Origin: Sminthopsis crassicaudata
Lineage: Eukaryota
Direction of reading: 5' to 3'
DNA: 64,000 nt
NCBI RefSeq assembly: GCF_048593235.1
Contig: NC_133622.1
Coordinates: 233,275,198 to 233,339,197, forward strand
Made by a program: the position numbers and the translations under genes. Below, piece after piece: positions 54,044 to 64,000 of this stretch (the stretch's first letter is position 1; each line of letters opens with the position of its first letter). The notes under the pieces were generated by a model that did no database searches, was not told where the DNA came from, and saw nothing but the letters and a program-made list of their open reading frames with translations.

Positions 54044-54616
54044 CCCAGGGAATAGGCCAAAATGTCTATCCAAATTCTTGCCTTCTTAAAGGGAGAAGGG
54101 CATTTAGGCAGAGAGAAAATTTAGAACTCAATATTATAAAAAACGAAAGTGAAAAGGTTCAGATAAAAGGAATTAAAGGAAGAAAAATATGTACAAAATA
54201 GAGAAAGTCCTCAGACATCACTCTAAATTCTCAATTAATCAGTAATAAGTTATTACATATTTACATTGAATGATAGGCTTTTGGATCTAGGTCTACTTTT
54301 CCTGCCATCCCAAGGATAGCAATATTCATGCTTCTTTTGTATATGCTCAGGATATCCAGGGAAGACTCAGTGATGGCCCATAGATCCCCTAATATCCTTC
54401 ATCCCAGAGAGGTCAACAGCTGCTTGACTCACTCTCCTGGGTCCTGAGATTTCATTCAAGGGTGTAGAAGCCTTGATCTTTTCAATCATCCCCCAATGTT
54501 ACTCATGATTCCAAGCAAGATAGTGCTATGTGAAGCACAGGGGATAGCAAGAAAGATGAAAACAACTCTTTGTTCCCCTGAAAAATCCCATTTAATAAGT
54601 AAGACCATATGTATAT

Positions 54617-54659
<43 letters not shown>

Positions 54660-54889
54660 GTATATGCAAAAATCTCTATGCAAATTCTTGCCTTCCCAAT
54701 GGCAAGAGGGGAAGTAGGCAGAGAGAAAATGTAGAAGTCAAGATTTTAAAACATGAAAGTTAAAATGTTCCTGTCTAACTAAGAAAAGACCAAAAAAACC
54801 TATTAATGGTTCTCTAATTTCACTAGGATTGATTTCATCTTACAACAAAGAATGGCTTCCTCTTGATATCATGATGAGTTTTTCCTCAG

Positions 54890-55970
54890 TGTAGAGCCTC
54901 CTGGTGGCTGACCTGGCCTCCTGCTCCCCCCATCCCCCACTGAGACCCAGGCCAGTCTGAAAGGCTCTCAGCAAAGCTAAGTGGGCCCCAGGCAAGGAAA
55001 CTAGACTTGGAAGGAAATCAAAAAGGATTTGCACTTGAACTTCTGGCTATTCTTGTGGTGATTCCCCAACTGAAAGGAAGGTGGCTCCAAGACCTCCAGA
55101 AAACCATCCAAGAACTTGAGAGTTTGGGCGCCCAAAGTGGGGCTAAGCACCTACATGTGTGACCCAGAAATTAAGGTGAGTACACAAACAGGCAAGAAGG
55201 AAACTCGGACAAGGGCTAACGTTGTATTTCAGCTGAAATGGGACAGGGGTTTAGAAAGGAGCCTTTTCCACCTCAAGGAAAAGGTCTAGAAAGCATGGTG
55301 ACACTGAAAAATGTTCAAGGTTTTCTGGTAATGGGGTCCAGGTCAGTGAAGTCTTTGAAATATTAAAAGACACATCTCCTTGGTTCTCTAAGCACAAAGA
55401 ATTCCATCCAGACCAAGGGAAAGGAGTAGGAGAGCAACTAAGTGAATATTACAATGAGAATGGTGCTCATTCAATTCCTAAAGAAGCATTTTATACCTAC
55501 ACCTGAATCCAATTGGTCTGAGGAAATGATGTCTGCTCAAGAAGAAGGAAAAAGAAGAAAGAGCAGGAGGGGAAGGATACTGACAAACTAGGTGAAGAGC
55601 CTGAAGAATCAGGTAAGAATGGAGTGAAGTACAATTCTGATGAAATTAAGGAGAGTGGTGCTTCCCAGCAGGAGACATTAGGACATTCCCCAACCCCCCT
55701 GACCTACCCCCCACCCCCAGGAACCTATTATGGGTGGAGGGAGAAGGAGGAGGAGGAGGGGCAGGGACAGAATCAGCATCTCCTGTGAAGCAGTCTGTGA
55801 CAAGATGGCAAAAGGCAAAAAGGGGGACAGGATATATCTGCTGGAATAGAAGAATACCCTGTGAGTGAAGACTTTGATCCTTCAGATCAAGCAGGAGAAG
55901 ATACACTCCTTTGGATGTGGGGAAAAAAAAATCAAGGATTTGGAAAAAGGGCTGTACTCCTTATGGGGCT
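54890..55970 (+). mobile_element. ERVK-like 5' remnant of truncated unit 11 (ends inside gag CA; no ENY2 ORF)
   Basis: PBS at 55126. Identity to the unit stops abruptly after ...ttatggggct (55970). Confidence 0.9.
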
Positions 55971-56004
55971 AATTTAATCTCTGATTCCTCTCCGAATTAA
56001 AACA

Positions 56005-56275
56005 GTGCAAAAAGCACCAGGCTTGGAATCAGAAAGACTCCTCAGTTTTAAATTAATCTCAGATACAGATAGGGGGCGTCAAAGTGCACAAAGCTCTAGA
56101 CTTGGAATTAGATATATTCATGAGTTTTCACGTATTTTTGAATACAGCTAGGGGTCGCCAAAGAGCACAAAGCACCAGTCTTGGAATCAGAATCATGTTC
56201 ATAAATTCTAAAGTAATCTCAGATTCAGCTGGGGGTGGGGGGGGCGCCAAATTGTACAAAGAACCATGCTGGGCT
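56005..56275 (+). repeat. 3-4 tandem ~80-bp degenerate SINE-head (tRNA-like, Mar1/MIR) repeats
   Basis: Recurrent cagctaggggtcgccaaagagcacaaagcaccagtcttggaatcagaa-like units at ~56010, 56066, 56145 and 56226, resembling the marsupial SINE 5' head. Confidence 0.55.
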
Positions 56276-56806
56276 CCCTTTTTGGAGGCCTGTGGCATGG
56301 ATATTATTTTTTATTATTTATTATTATTGTTATTTGTAATTTTGTATTATAATTTAATTATTAAAATTATTATTATTTTATCATTTTAAGAAATGGTTAA
56401 TTTTTTTAATTAAAAAACTTTTTTTTTTTATTATTAAAATCATCTTCAAGAAAAATAAAGTGGATCCAACACAGGTTATCCCAAACCTTGGAAAATTCAT
56501 CATAACAAAAAAGGACGAATTTAGAAGTTTGGGCAGGGCTGAGCGTCTGTTTTCCCAGTGCTTCCTTTAAAAAAGTTGTTTTGAAAATGCTATCCAGGAT
56601 TTCAATACGGACAATACGGACAGAGTAATTATGAACTTATAATGGTGGACTTTCTGTGCCTATTTTGAAAAGTTTCATTTGGAGTATGAGAATACAAAAT
56701 AAAATTTTGATGCCAGTTGTGTTTTTTTACAATTTGCAATGACTGAGAAACTATTCTTTGAGATAGGTGCAGATTGGCCTACCAATTTAAGGTGCAATCT
56801 GCGACA

Positions 56807-56824
56807 TGGCCACCAGATGGTGCC
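56807..56824 (+). promoter_or_regulatory. CTCF-like motif (right arm)
   Basis: TGGCCACCAGATGGTGCC, a strong match to the CTCF core consensus; mirror of 9398..9414. Confidence 0.5.
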
Positions 56825-57419
56825 CTGAGCCCAGGGTTCCCAACCTCCCATCTAGTCCCAGAAAGCATTTAGGGTCTTTCCCTTTGAGGTCTCTGTACCC
56901 ATGCCCCCGAGCGGAATTATTCTTCTCAGTTTTTTAATCTGAATTCTATAACATTCAAAGCTATGAGTCCATTCCCAACATTAATCCACATCATTCCCAT
57001 GTATCCCACTAATATTTTCCCCAATTTCCCTTCACTTCTATGGATTATAATTATCTAGTCATATAAATGTGCATGTGTGCATAAATGTGTGGGTATATCT
57101 ACACACATATGCACAAATACATGTATGCACATATGTGCAGTTATAACAGATACATGTCTATATTTGCTAACATAACAAATGTGATGTTTAGATGTACATA
57201 TGTGCGTATATGCACATATAACTGCATGTGCTCAAGTGTGTAAATATACATGTATGTGTAAACATACATATATTATATTTAGAAAACAAAATGCAAATAT
57301 AGCATTCAAACTCTTCTGTGACTGAATTCAACCGTTCCTTTAAAAATCTGTTTTCATATTCCTTCATTCTTTATCTTTTATTCTTGTGATCAAAGAGCAA
57401 TTCTTTAAAAAATTAACTT

Positions 57420-57575
57420 TTTTTTTTTTTTTTTTTTTTTTTTGCAGAGGCTGGGGTTAAGTGACTTGCCCAGGGTCACACAGCTAGGACGTGTTAAGTG
57501 TCTGAGTCCAGATTTGAACTCGGGTCCTCCCAAATTCAGGGCTGGTGCTTTCTCCACTGCGCCCCCTAGCTGCTC
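57420..57575 (-). mobile_element. Young WSINE1-type SINE (dasyurid-like), right arm only
   Basis: Poly(T) followed by gcagaggctggggttaagtgacttgcccagggtcacacagctagg...cctagctgctc. TSD AAAAATTA(A/T)CTT at 57408-57419/57576-57587; empty site in the left arm near 8785. Confidence 0.9.
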
Positions 57576-58233
57576 AAAAATTATCTTATTTTTAAAAGAA
57601 ATTTTTTCTCCCGTATCCCATCCCCTCACCTGAACAACGATAAAATAAAAGTAAAGTACTGCAGACAAATACACGTAGTCTAGCCAAACAAAAGCCCATA
57701 TTGGCAATGTCCATAAATGCATGTCTCGTTTCTGCTTTTTGCAAGGGAAGTGTAGTGTCCCCTAATAAAGCCTCGTGAGAAAAGGAGGAAAACCATTTCC
57801 CTGTTATCCTGCTTTTGGTGGACAAGTCAGGGAAAATTCTTTACTCCCAGCCCTTGCAGCAGCTCTCCACTCCTTGCTGCCAGCTGGGTGAGTCCGCCCC
57901 AGCCTTCCTAGGCAAGCTAAGTGGTCTTCCTTCTGATACAGGTCTTCTCTAGCATCCCTGTCATGCAGGACGTTGCTACCACATTGGTAGCTTGAATGCT
58001 GCCCTCTTGAACCTACAGATGTCTGAGGATCTGCCGGGCTCCATGGTTGGGGGTGGAGGTGAGGCAGGGAACAGAGAGACAGAGAGAGACAGAGAGATAT
58101 AGTGAGACAGAGATAACAAACTTGAGAGACAGATCTGGACAAAAATGTACAAAGACAAAAAGACAGAGAAAGAGAGATGGACAGGCAGAGACAAAAAGAG
58201 AAAAATCAAGAGAGATAGAGATATGAGTGAATA

Positions 58234-58519
58234 NNNNNNNNNNNNNNNNNNNNNNNNNNNNNNNNNNNNNNNNNNNNNNNNNNNNNNNNNNNNNNNNNNN
58301 NNNNNNNNNNNNNNNNNNNNNNNNNNNNNNNNNNNNNNNNNNNNNNNNNNNNNNNNNNNNNNNNNNNNNNNNNNNNNNNNNNNNNNNNNNNNNNNNNNNN
58401 NNNNNNNNNNNNNNNNNNNNNNNNNNNNNNNNNNNNNNNNNNNNNNNNNNNNNNNNNNNNNNNNNNNNNNNNNNNNNNNNNNNNNNNNNNNNNNNNNNAA
58501 GACAGAGAGATACAGAGAG

Positions 58520-58581
<62 letters not shown>

Positions 58582-58971
58582 AAAGAAAACAGAGNNNNNN
58601 NNNNNNNNNNNNNNNNNNNNNNNNNNNNNNNNNNNNNNNNNNNNNNNNNNNNNNNNNNNNNNNNNNNNNNNNNNNNNNNNNNNNNNNNNNNNNNNNNNNN
58701 NNNNNNNNNNNNNNNNNNNNNNNNNNNNNNNNNNNNNNNNNNNNNNNAGAGGGAAAGACAGAGAGATAGAGAGATACACAGAGAGAGAGAAAGAGAGAGA
58801 GGAGAGGGAAGGAGAGAGAAAAATAGAGAGGNNNNNNNNNNNNNNNNNNNNNNNNNNNNNNNNNNNNNNNNNNNNNNNNNNNNNNNNNNNNNNNNNNNNN
58901 NNNNNNNNNNNNNNNNNNNNNNNNNNNNNNNNNNNNNNNNNNNNNNNNNNNNNNNNNNNNNNNNNNNNNNN
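58234..58971. other. Three N-runs (265, 153, 140 nt) in a (GA)n tract
   Basis: N at 58234-58498, 58595-58747 and 58832-58971, at the position homologous to the left-arm N-run. Confidence 0.95.
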
Positions 58972-59980
58972 NTGGAGTTTGGGACCTAGGAAACCTGTCA
59001 GGTTTCCTTTAAGAGAGCTAAATATTGAGGAGCTCAGAATATCTGTAGCTTGGGAGCGGCAGCCACGGTCATATTTAACAGAAAGAATAAATTGCTGGGG
59101 CATTCAATACTGAGTGCTGCCTGTTTGAGTGACCTCTGGCCTGGGATGAGCAGCTGGACTTCTTGGGCCGAGTTCTCTCACTGCCCAGAAGGTGTTTTTG
59201 GGGTCCCACTATCAGAGGATCTTTGTGTTTGGGTAATTCAGCCCCGTTATGGAACAGAGGAGGCAGCTGAGGCCCAGGGAGGAGAAGTGAAATTCGTTCA
59301 AGGTCAAACACATTGTTTGTGGAGCCTTAACAAGAGTGTGAGATGTAACGGTCTCACCCGTTGGACGGTTCACATATTTCCGTAGTGAGCCTGGGGCCTG
59401 CCCAAGTTCTCCGCACTTTCCGTTATGTTGTCAGCACTTAGTGGATGATAAATAAAAATCCAGATCTGTGTTTATAACAGCACAACGAAAGGCTGGGGCC
59501 CATCCGAGACGGTGTCTGCAAGCAGCAGGGGCTACAATCACCAGCTTCTGCTTCTTGAGGCACTGTGGGACAGCATCAGGAGGGCAAGGGCATTTCAGAT
59601 TGGCACAGGCTGGCAACGATGGGACTGCCAGCCCAGGGGTAAATTGGAGCATTTGGCTTTAGAAGGTGGGACCTGGGATGAAGAGCGAGAACTGCTGGTG
59701 GGGGGAGCCCCTAAGGCTGCTTCCATTACATCCCATTCAATCATTCAATTCTTTCATTCACTCAACATATATGGAGCAGCCCCTGAACATATTAGGCACC
59801 AGGAGCAGAGAAAAATAAGCTAGCCCTTTCCTGGGAGCACAAGCCAATGGCACTCATTCACAGCCCAAAGAGGAGATCAACTCCGTCAGAGATGTATAGA
59901 TTTCCACGACCTTCCTGAGTAAGGAGATGTAATACCTAGGTTAGAAAGATCAGGGAAACCTTCATTAAGATATTTAGGGA

Positions 59981-62274
59981 ATTTAAGACCTTCAGTAAGC
60001 ATAATATGCAATAGAAATAAACTGCAACCTTTCCCAGTAAGATCAGGAGTGAAACAAGGTTGCCCACTATCACCATTACTATTCAATATAGTACTAGAAA
60101 CACTAGCCTCGGCAATAAGAGCCGAGAAAGAGATTCAAGGAATTAGAGTAGGAAATGAGGAAATTAAACTATCACTTTTTGCAGATGACATGATGGTATA
60201 CTTAGAGAACCCCAAAGACTCTGCTAAAAAGCTACTAGAAATAATTCAAAATTTCAGCAAAGTGGCAGGATACAAAATAAATCCACATAAATCCTCGGCA
60301 TTTTTATATATCAGTAACAAAATGCAACAGCAAGAGATACAAAGAGAAATTCCATTCCAAACAAATGTTGAGAGTATAAAATATTTGGGAATCCATCTAC
60401 CAAAGAAAAGTCAGGAATTATATGAGAAAAATTACAAAACGCTTGCCACAAAAATAAAATCAGATTTAAATAATTGGAAAGACATTCAGTGCTCTTGGAT
60501 AGGCCGAGCGAATATAATAAAGATGACAATACTCCCCAAACTAATCTATTTATTTAGTGCTATACCAATCAGACTCCCAAGAAACTATTTCAATGACCTA
60601 GAAAAAATAACAACAAAATTCATATGGAAGAATAAAAGGTCGAGAATTGCAAGGGAACTAATGAAAAAAAACTCAGAGGAAGGTGGTCTAAGTGTACCTG
60701 ATCTAAAGCTATATTATATAGCAGCAGTCACCAAAACCATTTGGTATTGGCTAAGAAATAGACCGGTAGATCAGTGGAACAGATTAGATACAAAGGACAA
60801 AAAAGGGTACATCTATAGCAATCTAATCTTTGACAAACCCAAAGATTCCAACATTAGGGATAAAAATTCATTATTCGGAAAAAACTGTTGGGAAAACTGG
60901 AAATTAGTATGGCAGAAATTAGATATGGATCCACACTTAACACCATATACCAAGATAAGATCAAAATGGGTCCATGATTTAGGCATAAAGAGGGAGATAA
61001 TAAATAGATTAGAGGAACAGAGGATAATCTACCTCTCAGACTTGTGGAGGAGGAAGGAATTTATGACCAGAGGAGAACTAGAGATCATTATTGATCACAA
61101 AATAGAAGATTTTGATTACATCAAACTAAAAAGTTTCTGTACAAATAATACTAATGCAAACAAGATTAGAAGGGAAGTAACAAATTGGGAAAATATTTTT
61201 AAAAACAAAGGTTCTGACAAAGGTCTCATTTCCAAAATATATAGAGAACTGACCATAATTTATAAGAAACCGAACCATTCTCCAATTGATAAATGGTCAA
61301 AGGATATGAACAGACAATTCTCAGAGGAAGAAATTGAAACTATATCCACTCACATGAAAGAGTGTTCCAAATCACTACTGATCAGAGAAATGCAAATTAA
61401 GACCACTCTGAGATACCACTACACACCTGTCAGATTGGCTAAGATGACAGGAACAAATAATGATAAATGTTGGAGGGGATGTGGGGAAATTGGGACACAA
61501 ATACATTGCTGGTGGAGTTGCAAAAGAATCCAGCCATTCTGGAGAGCAATCTGGAATTATGCTCAAAAAGATATCAAACTGTGCATACCCTTTGACCCAG
61601 CAGCGCTACTACTGGGATTATATCCCAAAGAAATACTAAAGAGCAGAAAGAGACATATATGTGCCAAAATGTTTGTGGCAGATCTTTTTGTTGTAGCTAG
61701 AAACTGGAAGATGAATGGATGTCCATCAGTTGGAGAATGGTTGGGTAAATTGTGGTATATGAAGGTTATGGAATATTATTGCTCGGTAAGAAATGACCAG
61801 CAGGAGGAATATAGAGAGGCCTGGAGAGACTTAAATCAACTGATGCTGAGTGAAACGAGCAGAACCAGAAGATCACTATACACTTCAACAACAATACTGT
61901 ATGAGGATGTATTCTGATGGAAGTGGAAATCTTCAACATAAAGAAGATCCAACTCACTTCCAGTTGATCAATGATGGACAGAGGTAGCTACACCCAGAGA
62001 AGAAACACTGGGAAGTGAATGTAAATTGTTAGCACTAATATCTGTCTGCCCAGGTTGCATGTACCTTCGGATTCTAATGTTTATTGTGCAACAAGAAAAT
62101 GATATTCACACACATATATTGTACCTAGACTATATTGTAACACATGTAAAATGTATGGGATTGCCTGTCATTGGGGGGAGGGAATAGAGGGAGAGGGGGT
62201 AATTTGGAAAAATGAATACAAGGGATAATATTATAAAATATATATATATATATAATAAAAAAAATTAAAAAAAA
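59981..62274 (+). mobile_element. Young 5'-truncated LINE-1 (ORF2 RT C-half and CCHC domain, 3' UTR, A tail), right arm only
   Basis: Uninterrupted ORF2 fragment 60049..61917 with LFADD and CWRGC...HCWWSC motifs. 14-bp TSD AAGATATTTAGGGA (59967-59980/62275-62288) at a TT|AAGA site; empty site in the left arm near 6740. Confidence 0.97.
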
Positions 62275-62921
62275 AAGATATTTAGGGAGAAAAGATTCTG
62301 GGAAGATGCTGAAGTAGGACAGAAAACCCCAAGTTCTCCATATTTCCCCTACAAATAAGACAAAATATCGCTTCAAGGTGAATGGGTAAAAACCAATAAG
62401 CAATAGGGCAGCACCTGGTCTTCCTGTGATACAGGAGTTTGCAAGAAGGATGCAGGGGCTAAGACTAGAAGTCCAGCCTAGCCCCCCCAGGCTACAGAGC
62501 TAGCCTCAGTCCCAACCACATGAGCTTTCACCTCCCCCAAAGTGTGAGGAGTTGGGGGTCTCTGTGAAGATTGAGGGAACCATCACTGATAAGCCACACC
62601 AGGCTCAGCTGTGCTGCTGAGAGGCTGCCCTGGGCAAGGAGGAATCACTGTAGACATGGTGAGTGCTGGAGCAGGGAACTGCTGGCTATGGGGACTTATC
62701 TGAGGGTGGGGTTCTTGATTTGAGGTTCCAAACTAGAGGAGAGAACAAAGAAGGACCTTCAGACAGCACCCCCAACCACAGGAATGGAGGTGATCACCCT
62801 CACAAGCTCCTATAAATAAAGGTTTTTTTTAATTAACAAGCAAAAGAGAAAGAACCTAATCATAGAACGTTACTGGGATGGAGAATACCAGGATGCATCT
62901 TCAGAGGAAAATTCTGAAATT

Positions 62922-62922
<1 letters not shown>

Positions 62923-62960
<38 letters not shown>

Positions 62961-63674
62961 TATATATATATATATATTTTATAATATTATCCCTTGTATT
63001 CATTTTTCCAATTTACCCCCCCTCCCTCTATTCCCTCCCCCCGACGACAGGCAAAACCATACATTTTACATGTGTTACAATATAGTCTAGGTACAATACA
63101 TGTGTGCGAATATCATTTTCTTGTTGCACAATAAACATTAGAATCCGAAGGTACATGCAACCTGGGCAGACAGATATTAGTGCTAACAATTTTCATTCCC
63201 CTCCCAGTGTTTCTTCTCTGGGTGCAGCTACCTCTGTCCATCATTGATCAACTGGAAGTGAGTTGGATCTTCTTTATGTTGAAGATTTCCACTTCCATCA
63301 GAATACATCCTCATACAGTATTGTTGTTGAAGTGTACAGTGATCTTCTGGTTCTGCTCATTTCACTCAGCATCAGTTGATTTAAGTCTCTCCAGGCCTCT
63401 CTGTATTCCTCCTGCTGGTCATTTCTTACCGAGCAATAATATTCCATAACCTTCATATACCACAATTTACCCAACCATTCTCCAACTGATGGACATCCAT
63501 TCATCCTCCAGTTTCTAGCTACAACAAAAAGAGCTGCCACAAACATTTTGGCACATATATGTCTCTTTCTGCTCTTTAGTATTTCTTTGGGATATAATCC
63601 CAGTAGTAGCGCTGCTGGGTCAAAGGGTATGCACAGTTTGATAACTTTTTGGGCATAATTCCAGATTGCTCTCC
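62923..63674 (-). mobile_element. Young 5'-truncated LINE-1 (752 bp), same subfamily, right arm only
   Basis: Poly(T), (TA)n and a 3' UTR nearly identical to the reverse of ~61520-62274. 18-bp TSD AGGAAAATTCTGAAATTT (62905-62922/63675-63692); empty site in the left arm near 6105. Confidence 0.95.
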
Positions 63675-64000
63675 AGGAAAATTCTGAAATTTAAAAAAAA
63701 AATGTCTTTCCAAACCCCAAAAAGTAATGTGGAATGGTCACCTGTCCAAAAAGAATTCAGAGAACTCAAAAGAAACTTGAAAAATTAAATGAAAGAGATT
63801 GAGGAAAACTTTTTTAAATCCAAGAAAAACAAGAATATTATGAAAAGAAAATTAACTAATAGAAAAAAGATTCAGAATTTTAAGGAAGAAAATGACTCCT
63901 CCAAAACTAGAATTGATCAAAAGGAAGCCAGAGAAGTTATAACAGATCAGGAAATAATAAAACAAAATATAAAGAATGAAAAAAAATAGAACAGAATGTG

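Larger units (their letters stand above)
10950..55970 (+). repeat. Tandem array of ~4.36-kb units (10 complete + 1 partial)
   Basis: ORF starts at 13074, 17450, 21796, 26156, 30512, 34536, 38900, 43254, 47610 and 51974 (periods 4376, 4346, 4360, 4356, 4024, 4364, 4354, 4356, 4364). Each unit has two polymorphic (CA)n tracts and an AT-rich tract. Confidence 0.98.
56300..64000 (-). repeat. Right arm of large inverted repeat
   Basis: Reverse complement of 5790..9900 plus three arm-specific insertions; continues to the window edge. Confidence 0.95.

Noticed and set aside
60049-61917. 622-aa ORF as a functional gene or active L1
   Set aside because: 5'-truncated L1 lacking promoter, ORF1 and endonuclease; openness reflects youth.

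Overview
Mammalian genomic DNA, most likely a dasyurid marsupial (WSINE1-type SINE, Mar1/MIR SINEs, marsupial-type L1). About 45 kb (~10.95-55.97 kb) is a head-to-tail array of a ~4.36-kb unit: 10 complete copies plus a truncated 11th, differing by only scattered SNPs and small indels. Each unit holds a decayed betaretrovirus-like (ERVK-class) 5' end: putative LTR, tRNA-Lys PBS, splice donor and broken gag MA/CA. A splice acceptor follows, then an intact single-exon ORF of ~465 aa. That ORF fuses six ~55-aa Arg/Ser-rich repeats to a diverged ENY2/Sus1 domain (SAGA DUB module/TREX-2 subunit). All ten ORFs are open. The array is the spacer of a large inverted repeat (left arm ~5.8-9.9 kb; right arm ~56.3-64 kb, running off the window). 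Arm identity falls toward the array, the arms carry mirror-image CTCF-like motifs, and the right arm alone has one SINE and two young L1 insertions with TSDs. A solo LTR with a 6-bp TSD sits at the left edge of the array. The first ~5.8 kb is ordinary repeat-rich sequence. The best candidate for a new system is an ERV-wired, amplified ENY2 chimeric retrogene family in a palindrome. Expression, chromosome and function cannot be seen from sequence. Homology calls rest on recalled sequences, not database searches.
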